The notes beneath the pieces are model-generated. The model ran no database searches, had not been told where the DNA came from, and was given only the letters and a program-made list of their open reading frames with translations. A DNA stretch of 24,724 nucleotides from a virus. Its lineage: Duplodnaviria > Caudoviricetes. Shown here one piece after another: positions 17,901 through 24,365 of this stretch; positions within the stretch are counted from its first letter, which is position 1; each line of letters opens with the position of its first letter. The position numbers were made by a program, and so were the translations under genes. The stretch covers positions 1 through 24,724 of the IMG/VR virus record IMGVR_UViG_3300009154_000264. One strand, given 5' to 3'.

Positions 17901-19990
17901 GTTTAACCAAAGAAGGCCGTGAGAAGTTTACACCGGACGAGCTGGCTCATGCAAAAGAGCTTGAGAAGAAGTACCCCGAGTTCGTGGATATCCAAAAGGA
18001 CTGGATCAAGTACAACAACGGCTTGGTCAAATATATGATCGACACCGGCGTCCTATCCAAGGAGATGGGCGCTGAGTGGATGAAGTACGCAGACTACATA
18101 CCTTTTTACCGCCAGCTTGAGGGTGAGCGTACCATCGGCCCACAGATCATGCAGAACCTGACCGGCGTTAAACCACCTAAGAAGCTAAAAGGCCCCAAGG
18201 GCGAAGAGAGCGCACCGGCTGCGGATTTCTTGGAAACAATTACCCGCAACACACAGGCTGCTATCACCTCCGGTTTAAAGAACGTAGCAGGTCAGCGCGC
18301 TATTGATGAGGCAATGTTCCTTGGACAAGCTGAGCGAGTTCATAACCCACAAGCTGCACCAAATGTTTTGGCTATCCTGCGCGAAGGAAAGGTGGAGCAT
18401 TATGTTAGCGCCGACCCGCTATTCATTGATGCAGTCAAGAGTTTAAACCTGCCAGAGCTGCCTTTCTTGAGTTTCTTGTCTAAACCGGCGGACGTACTGC
18501 GTTCTATGGTTACCAAAGATCCAGCCTTCATTATTGCCAACATGATGAAGCACTCGCTGTACACGTACTACACCAGCGGGGCAGACATTAGCCCAATCAC
18601 AGGAACCTTGAAAAACTTTGCGGATGTGATGGCTAACAAATCGCCGGAATATCAAACTCTTTTAAACGCAGGTGTTATTGGTGGCTACGAGTTCTCCAGA
18701 AACATTGAAGCAAGTTCGCAGTACTTGGCTAAGGATCTGCGTGCGAAGACCGGCACCCAAGAAGGTCTGGAAAAAGCGTTTACACCTATCACGGGAATCT
18801 GGAAGTATCTGGAACACGCAACTGAGGCTCACGACGCAGCAGTTCGTATCAGCGTTTACAAGGATGTGCTTGCCAAGACAGGCAACGAAGCCGAAGCAAT
18901 CTTCCGCGCCAACGAAGTTTTAAACTTCAACCGCAAAGGCAACTCCGCAATGGTGCGGATTGTTACCGCCGCCATACCGTTTTTAAACGCCAAGTTCCAA
19001 GGTCTGGACTTGATGTACCGTGGTCTGGTAGAGCCATCTATGGGCGGCGATGTAACAGCCCGCCAGAAAGCAGTTCAAAAGACCGGACTCATTCGTGCAG
19101 CTACCCTCATGGGATTGAGCGTTATGTACGCAGCAATGGTAACTAACGACCCAGACTATGAGAAACAGCAGCAGGAAGTCAAGGACAACAACTGGATCAT
19201 CCCCGGGCTTGGTGTTCGTATTCCAATCCCGTTTGAGCTTGGAACCCTGTTTAAAACCATGCCCGAGCATATCTATCGTTATTTCTACGGCGCTGAGGAT
19301 TTAAAAGAGTTGCAGGCCGCTGGCAAAAAAGCTCTCATGGATCTAACGTTTACACCAGTGCCACAGGTTGCTATGCCGGTGCTGGAGGCTGAGGCTAACT
19401 ATTCATTCTTCACAGGTCGCCCCATTGTGGGAGCGCACATGACTGGGATTGAGCCTAAGTTCCAAGTAGAGCCCAACACTTCCATCGTTGCTCAAAAGCT
19501 GGGACAGATGACCAACATTTCCCCGCTGAAGATTGACCATATATACCAAGGCTACACCGGAACGATGGGTATGTACCTATCGGATGTGGTGGACTCTATA
19601 TTCAACACCACCTCCAAACCAACAAACCGGTTTGAGCAAACTCCAATCATCAAGCGATTCTTGATTGATCATGAGGCCACAGGACAGGTTAGCCAGTTCT
19701 ACGACCTCAAGAACCGAGTGGAGACTGCGGTAAGGACTATCAATGACCTTAAGAGCAGCGGCAGCCCTGATCTGCTTGAGTACGCTCAAGAGCATGGCAA
19801 GGAGTATGCAATGCGCGGGCAGGTGCAAATGGTAGCCAAGAAGCTACAGGAGCTGAAGAAGCAAGCCCTGCAAATACGAACCTCAGATATGGATCCGGAT
19901 CAAAAGCGGGACTTGCTACTTGAGAACGTTCGTGCGCAAAACGCAACGGTTGGCGGCATCCGTCAGTTCAAAGAAGCTTTAGCCGAGTAG
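11972..19990 (+). CDS. Large polyvalent protein (2672 aa): membrane-type N-terminus, zincin metallopeptidase, HhH-glycosylase-like, ADP-ribosyltransferase-like, ParB-like and C-terminal LPD38-like domains
   Basis: HEAIH at 14204-14218 with downstream EEAIA; GPK (15602) and VTVDKW (15650); FKQWFGDSKIV...PKVLYHG...GYDS...QLKSATGNVG (16001-16822); GHEGRHR (17180-17200); C-terminal IPIPFELG...FFTGRPIV...SPLKIDHIYQGYTG. GGAG RBS. Confidence 0.8.
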   Translation: MSYRVALPDGNIAEFPDDMPHDEAASIIKRQFYTPQEKPTSGLGSALSSGFRGGVGSAAEAVGEFSGLKGLAEFGKTQQEKAAQTYQPTSDKDIAAADQRGLFSGIGSRATQFLEPYAQAAGNITGRFGAPMLAGSVAAALAPEAVIGGAGLSAVGLGTASALAGAGATALTDLPIEIGETQLERKKAGLPSDPVKDVAYGLAKTALNTFTGHLMSGPMRGLLGKTTVEQAELLAPKVLAGELTAADASKQLTGYAQNFLRGTAENAIVGTGMMVGNTALSRAATDQSLMSPEALAAYGESAKGAIALSPMFGAYHALGQKGLGEAKLAKDEADRNAALADIRNQQAANEQAKLEFQKTQPDYLDKVQSDYMAAEQQKLDLLNQKRTVEAGSLTETADRLHNKDIDTKVKELQPTIESLAAEFNKYRPAPPKVTEPTKVTEATPEQVAAQTAADKGEAPRDIEPVDTAGLDKNNDYVAGLINDLNLTVEQRDAITGTNLLSKVGKLGLNQSDWVDIGSLPTFAKGKGGKGTSIADRVADGEFDQWLPHDLRSEVIEGDTGKQQEAEEFIKDALRQHGLGQPFYDTETREALRMHEQEITRIEQELDRESNIDEINGEIQDLADELAKEEHGNREPAEFGVEPEGEAGGAAEGEGANAPEAKLTEPAAETAAEPAAEPETFEPKPIDTSKLQDVLSRALLPTLKRFGLEDVGLKFIENAGNFDGEYTKKLIKIALDAARPLQALRHEAIHALKDMGFFTPGQWKLLENQADKVWIDKYLKNRNVDGKALKEGEESRFDAYSKLYKGDMDAIREEAIADAFADFDAHGAPKGIMATLTAKLQDFFAKVKQAFKSGGYESAEDVFKQIETGKLTATAEKPTATAGAKPSLRQVTDLNAERASRKALDQEGESLFHDLQTLISQGRVTPEDMQNLKNSFAAADNKMRAAYELNKIIRSISRRPAPDIQQTPEQIQKISNAANDAVSQTGETQTKPSLRSNSYGLNVLTGNESAPDFGKKPVVDDIAKHFDKKVMEKFNRKLDYNDPEDIKIAMKMALEEVKHQMASDQSGLDWYDEDIKKAFADTMKVIPSLNSEPKRQLFSIMAGILSPNIIARDNWFIAAKAFEHYEKTGVIPGVNPETGGLWQGGTQSANKKKQMDFLNNMVKAMGEKDALNWLTSEHTVKEINDFRKRYGNITSGIDGKLSDIKPGLYAFGPKVGPFVSNINGIHDVTVDKWATRTFNRYFGTMTSPEGKIVDAPTEPQRRAIKALMNGVASDAGIKNYQVQSALWFYEQKLFRKFGTDSPSYGFSDGATKLLQQRGVGGGEAGVRAADETQAKPSLRTNTPEFKQWFGDSKIVTSRDKGMVSGEDVMNRLKIPESRQDFYWRKLSADERNKLMEDYRNRDGVGQPKVLYHGLAKDTASFARKTERGSPIFLTDNPKFAEGFSKDSFAWMAAHADDVLTPQQLEKARKQAIAEIRKDYRRSPTAMKEMVDSLKTGEYAKATGEAQDYLRKAYKDMLQSGPHIMPLYVRAEKPFDYENPADVKAVLDEMNKLTDSYGLPVGRSYGGIKVGNWELIESKPVQDVIKKLGYDSFYVQEGGNKNLAVYDSKQLKSATGNVGAYGERPVTEAEAKPLGMTAEEANKAQAEGDVRLSLRKSATEMFDPKEVDANSITKYKSREKLVNMNIDDFLKLAEYTNSEDSNSSQKMINARKRVADGTKFNSLPYLLVSGNSGTLQATGHEGRHRAKVLKEAGYETMPVVLKSDIRWSEQNNPENFDYKKNFPERIKAEKGAIDENFSIPFPFTREEAGNNYVQPESRKSLRRVESEIKSLPNGQAIYDAVRKRTTAREEQGYAERLIGGLGPTPFSYLRQKLLYQYNQLGVYGKRMVKEMGGAERLADVSAEAAALESDKAAGYVASALGTGNRMGGVPVYEKGYTKISNLNGTVKGVVEIFAPLAKYGDPEMYQAYQFWAMAKRGERLTKEGREKFTPDELAHAKELEKKYPEFVDIQKDWIKYNNGLVKYMIDTGVLSKEMGAEWMKYADYIPFYRQLEGERTIGPQIMQNLTGVKPPKKLKGPKGEESAPAADFLETITRNTQAAITSGLKNVAGQRAIDEAMFLGQAERVHNPQAAPNVLAILREGKVEHYVSADPLFIDAVKSLNLPELPFLSFLSKPADVLRSMVTKDPAFIIANMMKHSLYTYYTSGADISPITGTLKNFADVMANKSPEYQTLLNAGVIGGYEFSRNIEASSQYLAKDLRAKTGTQEGLEKAFTPITGIWKYLEHATEAHDAAVRISVYKDVLAKTGNEAEAIFRANEVLNFNRKGNSAMVRIVTAAIPFLNAKFQGLDLMYRGLVEPSMGGDVTARQKAVQKTGLIRAATLMGLSVMYAAMVTNDPDYEKQQQEVKDNNWIIPGLGVRIPIPFELGTLFKTMPEHIYRYFYGAEDLKELQAAGKKALMDLTFTPVPQVAMPVLEAEANYSFFTGRPIVGAHMTGIEPKFQVEPNTSIVAQKLGQMTNISPLKIDHIYQGYTGTMGMYLSDVVDSIFNTTSKPTNRFEQTPIIKRFLIDHEATGQVSQFYDLKNRVETAVRTINDLKSSGSPDLLEYAQEHGKEYAMRGQVQMVAKKLQELKKQALQIRTSDMDPDQKRDLLLENVRAQNATVGGIRQFKEALAE
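14576..14617 (+). repeat. 21-bp tandem duplication in a linker (KLTATAE/KPTATAG)
   Basis: aagcttaccgcaactgcggag followed by aagcctaccgcaactgcggga, immediately before the first KPSLR motif. Confidence 0.8.
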
Positions 19991-20260
19991 AGAGGCGACC
20001 TCTTTTAAGAGATCGTCCTCATCGTAGCCGTAGTGCTTCACGAACCCTTTGGAGCCAAGGCCGTGTAAACCGGTATTGCCACGATGGTGTTCAGGACACA
20101 GCGGTATAACGTTTAAATAACTTGCCCGGGAACCCGCCCCGGTGCCTGCCCGTTTGTGATGGATTTCCGCCGGTGTGTTTAAATACCCCATACGACGGCA
20201 AACCAGACAGCCTAGTTCCGCTACAGCGGACATATGTTTTTTTTCAGCTTTTGTAGTCAT
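19979..20260 (-). CDS. Ref-like (RecA-dependent nuclease-type) Zn-binding HNH protein
   Basis: CLVC...PAEIHH.R.G.G....S...VIPLCPEHHRG..G.H pattern characteristic of the Ref/DUF968-type HNH family. Confidence 0.8.
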   Translation of the reverse strand: MTTKAEKKHMSAVAELGCLVCRRMGYLNTPAEIHHKRAGTGAGSRASYLNVIPLCPEHHRGNTGLHGLGSKGFVKHYGYDEDDLLKEVASLLG

Positions 20261-20486
20261 TGGGCGGAGGGCAATCTTCGGGGGCTGGATTTAAACACCA
20301 TACCGGCTCATAATTTTTTTTGCCAAGAACCCAGCGGTCAATGTAGGCCCAACGCGGCTCTTCGTTCAAGGCGTTGCGTATGGTCTTGTGAGCCATAGAT
20401 TTGGATCTGCAATAGATTTCGTTTACTGTAAGGCCATCGGGATACCTAGCGAGCAGCTCCGCAACTTCAATTTTTCTTTTGGTCAT
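20244..20486 (-). CDS. Hypothetical protein, possible winged-helix DNA-binding protein (80 aa)
   Basis: Likely start is ATG 20486 (TGATG coupling with the upstream gene). Sequence LLARYPDGLTVNEI...TIRNAL...YIDRW...VWC...PEDCP.P. Confidence 0.6.
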   Translation of the reverse strand: MTKRKIEVAELLARYPDGLTVNEIYCRSKSMAHKTIRNALNEEPRWAYIDRWVLGKKNYEPVWCLNPAPEDCPPPNDYKS

Positions 20487-20677
20487 CAATGCACCTGTTG
20501 TAACTGTATGTCCCAAGCCATCGCTACTGGCATCAAAATAATTCTAAGGAACTGTTCCTTGCTCATGTTGGAGTGCCTAGCACCAACGCAGCCCAATAAC
20601 CAAGCTGCCGCAGCCATCACATCCTCAGGGTCGTGATTTTTTAACATCTCTTGCAGATCAATTACTGCGTCCATCAT
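20486..20677 (-). CDS. Hypothetical protein (63 aa)
   Basis: Tiles with neighbours by short overlaps in a coupled minus-strand operon. Confidence 0.55.
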   Translation of the reverse strand: MMDAVIDLQEMLKNHDPEDVMAAAAWLLGCVGARHSNMSKEQFLRIILMPVAMAWDIQLQQVH

Positions 20678-20852
20678 TGGCTTTCATAAATTCAATGGCC
20701 CGCAGAAGTTGGTCTATATTTCGTTGGGCATCTCTGCATTTGTCCATAGCCTCATAGTACTTCTTATCTAGCATCAATAAATGAATTTCTTTTAGATGAT
20801 GTTCAGCCATCATGCATGGCATACCGTAATCAACAACTGTGTTTATTTTCAT
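20658..20852 (-). CDS. Hypothetical protein (64 aa)
   Basis: AAGGT RBS upstream, helical sequence VDYGMPCMMAE..LKEIH..ML, overlaps the next gene. Confidence 0.6.
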   Translation of the reverse strand: MKINTVVDYGMPCMMAEHHLKEIHLLMLDKKYYEAMDKCRDAQRNIDQLLRAIEFMKANDGRSN

Positions 20853-20861
20853 GTTTTACCT

Positions 20862-20890
20862 TTGTGTGTAATAAAGATAGTGTATAAAAT
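20862..20890 (+). promoter_or_regulatory. Putative sigma70 promoter for the inverted cassette
   Basis: TTGTGT (20862-20867), 17 bp, TAAAAT (20885-20890) in an AT-rich divergent intergenic gap. AGGGG RBS at 20904-20908. Confidence 0.5.
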
Positions 20891-20914
20891 GCCCAACAAC
20901 TTTAGGGGCCAATT

Positions 20915-21898
20915 ATGCTAGCACCTTCTTGCACGGATGAAGAGTTTATTTCGTTATGGAATGAACATAAATCCGGAAAAATAATTGCGGAAAAATTAGG
21001 CATTACCGAACGCAGAGTGCTTTTCCGACGCCGAAAGATTGAAGATAAACAAAATATACAACTTGACTCAAGTGACCCTCGTGGCATCAAGTACCAAAAG
21101 AAAGTGGTCACCGTCAGCCACAACGTTCGTATAAACCTTGGGATGCTCAACGGAACTATTTTAGTTTTTAGCGACGCCCACTTCTGGCCCGGAATACGAA
21201 CCACTGCGTTTAAAGGATTGCTTTGGGCTATCAACAATTTAAACCCAAAAGTTGTTATCAATAATGGAGACGCATTTGATGGAGCCAGCATCAGTCGCTT
21301 TCCAAGAATTGGCTGGGATAGCAAACCTTCTTTGATCGCCGAACTCAAAGCCTGTGAAGCAAGCTTGGAGGAGATAGAGACCGCAGCCAAGAACCAAAAC
21401 AAAGGTTGCAAGTTGATCTGGACGCTTGGTAACCACGATGCGCGCTTTGAGAATGTACTTGCGAACCGTGTACCAGAATTTGCGCATATCAAAGGTTTCA
21501 CTTTAAAAGATCATTTTCAAGCATGGACGCCAGCTTGGTCTTGCTGGCCCAACGACGATATAGTTATCAAGCATAGGTGGAAGGGCGGACTTCACGCCGT
21601 TCACAACAACGCATTGCAGTCTGGAAAATCCTATGTTACTGGACATCTTCACAGTTTAAAAGTAAGCCCGTTTACTGATTTAAACGGGGTCAGGTATGGG
21701 GTAGATACCGGCACTTTAGCTGAACCAACTGGGCCGCAATTTATTGACTACCTAGAAGACTCACCTGTAAACTGGCGTAGCGGTTTTGTTGTTCTCACAT
21801 TGTGGAATGGTCATTTGCTTTGGCCCGAAGTTGTAAGTGTTTTTGATAAAAAACATATAGAGTTTCGTGGTCAAATCATTGATGTTGACTCCTTATAA
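20915..21898 (+). CDS. Calcineurin-like metallophosphoesterase with N-terminal HTH-like region
   Basis: All five motifs are present: SDAH, NGDAFD, GNHD, IKH and TGHLH. The N-terminal SGKIIAEKLGITERRV resembles an HTH. Confidence 0.88.
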   Translation: MLAPSCTDEEFISLWNEHKSGKIIAEKLGITERRVLFRRRKIEDKQNIQLDSSDPRGIKYQKKVVTVSHNVRINLGMLNGTILVFSDAHFWPGIRTTAFKGLLWAINNLNPKVVINNGDAFDGASISRFPRIGWDSKPSLIAELKACEASLEEIETAAKNQNKGCKLIWTLGNHDARFENVLANRVPEFAHIKGFTLKDHFQAWTPAWSCWPNDDIVIKHRWKGGLHAVHNNALQSGKSYVTGHLHSLKVSPFTDLNGVRYGVDTGTLAEPTGPQFIDYLEDSPVNWRSGFVVLTLWNGHLLWPEVVSVFDKKHIEFRGQIIDVDSL

Positions 21899-21973
21899 AG
21901 TGTCATAAATGAACCATAAGATGTGTTTGCGGCTTAAAACTGCACCATTTTTTTAAACTTAAAGGGGTGAATC

Positions 21974-22264
21974 ATGGACTTTCGTATGACTATTAATTTT
22001 GGTTTTGGTGAGAGCATTGAGTTCTCTACTGATGAATTTTGGAAGCTGGCAGTGTTGGCTGCTTTTGTTGAGCGCGTTGAATCCATTGATGATGAAGAAG
22101 ATTTTGATGAAGTAGAGGACGATGAATCAGAGGACGATGAAGAGTACATCTTTGATGAGAACGATGTGGCTCACTGGTACGATGAAGAGAATGATGCTTG
22201 GTACTTCTACGACGAAGAGACCGACGACTGGTACCTGTGCGAGGAAGAAGAGGACGCTGAGTAA
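21974..22264 (+). CDS. Hyper-acidic small protein with aromatic/acidic repeats (candidate nucleic-acid mimic)
   Basis: By hand count, 41 of 96 residues are D/E versus 3 K/R. Repeats YIFDENDVAH/WYDEENDAWY/FYDEETDDWY. Strong AAGGGGTG RBS and a terminator downstream. Confidence 0.75.
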   Translation: MDFRMTINFGFGESIEFSTDEFWKLAVLAAFVERVESIDDEEDFDEVEDDESEDDEEYIFDENDVAHWYDEENDAWYFYDEETDDWYLCEEEEDAE

Positions 22265-22289
22265 ATTTACTCATTACATTGAGTAAATT
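22258..22289. repeat. Perfect 16-bp palindrome plus a third half-site
   Basis: TGAGTAAATTTACTCA (22258-22273) is self-complementary and TGAGTAAATT recurs at 22280-22289. Confidence 0.85.
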
Positions 22290-22312
22290 AGGGGGGCTTT
22301 GGCCCCCTTTTT
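22290..22312 (+). terminator. Rho-independent terminator at the convergence point (possibly bidirectional)
   Basis: AG-GGGGGC-TTTG-GCCCCC-TTTTT stem-loop with U-tract, between convergent genes. Confidence 0.85.
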
Positions 22313-22314
22313 AA

Positions 22315-22479
22315 TTATTTTAAATTTTTTTTTGTCGCGCGACGTATCCAGCAACTGCCACATATCCACTTTGGCCCCATCTCAATCCCTCCCTCCGGAG
22401 GTTTGCTGGTCTCGCATTTTGAGCATAGTTTAAACGCATGGTATTGTCGCTGTGAGTTGGGTAGTGATATAGGGGTCAT
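22315..22479 (-). CDS. Small C4 zinc-finger protein (54 aa; not in the ORF track)
   Basis: Hand translation: MTPISLPNSQRQYHAFKLCSKCETSKPPEGGIEMGPKWICGSCWIRRATKKNLK*. The ATG directly follows the upstream TAA, there is a GGAG RBS, and the gene ends at the terminator. Confidence 0.75.
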   Translation of the reverse strand: MTPISLPNSQRQYHAFKLCSKCETSKPPEGGIEMGPKWICGSCWIRRATKKNLK

Positions 22480-23247
22480 TTAGTCTCTCCATTCATCGGT
22501 GTTCATTATCCTAGCCATCTTAAAAAATACGCTTTCATCATTGAGCGCGTAGGCTTCCTTGGCTTTGGACACTGCAATAAAATCCCGCAGTAAAGCCAAG
22601 TTCATTTCATGTTTGCTTGGGAAAATTGTTTTGTGATATACGCCTTCTTTTGGCTGGGACAGAACAATTGACTTCGGGCTTTCGTCAAGCCAGCGGCGGA
22701 CAAGCTTGGCATCATCTGAAACAATCAAAGCAATTGGTGCCAGCTTTCTTATGGTGTCCCATTGGTCTTGTGTAAACGTTCTGTCGTTTCCACGCAAATG
22801 TACAACAGGCATATCTGAGTCAGTTACCGGTATCTCTTTGGCTATATTTTTATTAAGTCGCAAATGCCTACATAACTCAGGCATATCGTATTCTCTATAG
22901 CCAATTCCACATTGAACCCAAACACCTTCGTAGTGCCTATCCTTTTTGGGATCAAATTCCAACTGCTCTTTAATGTCGTAAACCCATTCATTGGATGGCA
23001 AAATTAATTTGTGTTTCCAAAAATGAGGATACACATCAAGCTCTTCATCAATGACTGCAACGTTTGATATGTTTGGCAAATCAACCCAATGGAAATATTT
23101 GTAAAACCCATCTCTCCAAATGGTGTCAGTCCAATCCACATAAAGCGTTCTATTGAAAAGCTTTGCCATAGACAGGCAGTATGACAAACATTGCAAGCGG
23201 TCAGCAAATCCTTCCCAGCCTTTGCTTATTAAATACTTTGGCTTCAC
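22480..23247 (-). CDS. Glycosyltransferase, fucosyltransferase-like (NodZ/GT23 or GT11-type GT-B fold)
   Basis: GWEGFADRL...A...NRTLYVDW, VHLRGND, IVSDD and LRDF..VS match the GDP-sugar-binding motifs of this clan. GTG start with AGGAG RBS. Confidence 0.7.
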   Translation of the reverse strand: MKPKYLISKGWEGFADRLQCLSYCLSMAKLFNRTLYVDWTDTIWRDGFYKYFHWVDLPNISNVAVIDEELDVYPHFWKHKLILPSNEWVYDIKEQLEFDPKKDRHYEGVWVQCGIGYREYDMPELCRHLRLNKNIAKEIPVTDSDMPVVHLRGNDRTFTQDQWDTIRKLAPIALIVSDDAKLVRRWLDESPKSIVLSQPKEGVYHKTIFPSKHEMNLALLRDFIAVSKAKEAYALNDESVFFKMARIMNTDEWRD

Positions 23248-23260
23248 GCGCGCTCCTAAA

Positions 23261-23488
23261 TTAAACGTTTAAATCGTCATATTTATTTCGGGCTTCTATC
23301 CAAGCATCAATGATGGGCTTGCGTATTGCCCGCTGTTCTTCTGAGGTGTAGTCAGCAATTTGGACAAATGGATTTGGCTGCGCCTTCCAACGATCATTCC
23401 AAAGGATTTCGTTTGCCTTTAAAACTTTAGCGCTGTGATCTAATTTTGATCTTGCTTTTTCAATCAAAATTTTTTTGGGTTTAGTCAT
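23261..23488 (-). CDS. Hypothetical protein (75 aa)
   Basis: Coupled to the upstream gene by an 8-bp overlap, with an AAGGA RBS. Confidence 0.55.
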   Translation of the reverse strand: MTKPKKILIEKARSKLDHSAKVLKANEILWNDRWKAQPNPFVQIADYTSEEQRAIRKPIIDAWIEARNKYDDLNV

Positions 23489-23738
23489 GTGTTTTTTCCT
23501 TGAGCTTGTCCTTGAGATATTTGTTTTGCCTTAGCAAGTCGCCAATCATGTGCAAGTGTTCGTTATGGCGATCTTCCATTGTTTTGGCTAACTTTTCAAA
23601 ATCGCGCTGCCATGACTGCATCTTTTGCGTCAGGATTTGCGTGTTGTACCAAACGTAATCTGCAGTGATGCCCTCCACTTGTACGTTGTCTTTAAGTTCA
23701 AACTGCTTAACCATTTCGTTGTAGTCTTCTTGTTTCAT
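23481..23738 (-). CDS. Hypothetical coiled-coil protein (85 aa)
   Basis: ATGA coupling, AGGAG RBS and a helical heptad-like C-terminal half. Confidence 0.6.
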   Translation of the reverse strand: MKQEDYNEMVKQFELKDNVQVEGITADYVWYNTQILTQKMQSWQRDFEKLAKTMEDRHNEHLHMIGDLLRQNKYLKDKLKEKTHD

Positions 23739-23922
23739 TTCCGTTGCTCCTGCGCCAATACGGCGTTGGTCTCTTCTTCAGTAGGCGGTAGTCCGGTGTC
23801 TTTGTATACCCACCCCAAGCGCTTCTTTTCACCTACAGGCCCAAGGATTACTTCCCTGCCGCCGAACAAGTGCCGTTTGTTTTTCGGCATCTCGATGAGT
23901 TCAATGTCTTCTTGTTTCATTT
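23724..23922. repeat. 17-bp direct repeat at two consecutive gene starts
   Basis: gtcttcttgtttcattt at 23724-23740 and 23906-23922; both genes begin MKQED. Confidence 0.85.
23735..23920 (-). CDS. Hypothetical protein (61 aa)
   Basis: Likely start is ATG 23920 (ATGA overlap with the upstream stop, AAGGA RBS) rather than 23992. Confidence 0.6.
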   Translation of the reverse strand: MKQEDIELIEMPKNKRHLFGGREVILGPVGEKKRLGWVYKDTGLPPTEEETNAVLAQEQRK

Positions 23923-24126
23923 TGTTTCCTTTTCCTGCGCTTTGTTTAATATATCTTGCTGGTACTCCACTTGACGTTTTGCTGATTCCCAAAAATCAAT
24001 CAGGGCGTGGTGTTTAATCAGCCATGCAAACATACGCAGCTCGGGCGTCAACTCTAGCTTCGCCTCCTTTGCAATTGCTTGCAGCTTTAGCGTTTCTTTT
24101 TTCATCGTTTCGTGTACGTCAGTCAT
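23917..24126 (-). CDS. Hypothetical protein (69 aa)
   Basis: ATGA coupling with an AAGGAG RBS. IAKEAKLELTPELRMFA resembles IGAEAGIKQMTPEIYNFA of the upstream gene. Confidence 0.6.
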   Translation of the reverse strand: MTDVHETMKKETLKLQAIAKEAKLELTPELRMFAWLIKHHALIDFWESAKRQVEYQQDILNKAQEKETK

Positions 24127-24365
24127 GCGTTCTTCTCCTTGAGTTTGGCTTCAATAGCGCGGACGCATTCAGCATCCACAACCGCGTGGTTCCAATCAAA
24201 CGCAGCAATCTCCTCATCCGTCAGCCCTACCCAAGGGCGCTCAGGCCACTGTGCTACCACATCAGCACGCACCCGCAGGGCAAAGTTATATATCTCGGGC
24301 GTCATCTGCTTGATGCCAGCCTCCGCGCCAATCCTGTCCAGCTTTGGTATTAGTTGTTCACCCAT
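24123..24365 (-). CDS. Hypothetical protein with WVGLTDEEI...KLKEKN C-terminal module (80 aa)
   Basis: AAGGAG RBS; C-terminal module shared with the upstream gene. Confidence 0.65.
   Translation of the reverse strand: MGEQLIPKLDRIGAEAGIKQMTPEIYNFALRVRADVVAQWPERPWVGLTDEEIAAFDWNHAVVDAECVRAIEAKLKEKNA

Noticed and set aside
20902-21501. 199-aa minus-strand ORF
   Set aside because: It is antisense to the metallophosphoesterase, which has complete catalytic motifs; no recognisable features of its own.
21893-21955. Possible internal promoter (TAAGAT at 21917-21922) and weak hairpin with T-tract before the acidic gene
   Set aside because: The -35 match is poor and the 5-bp stem includes a G-U pair; too weak to call.
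22334-22343. GTCGCGCGAC 10-bp palindrome
   Set aside because: It lies inside the Zn-finger ORF, occurs once, and is expected by chance in 25 kb.
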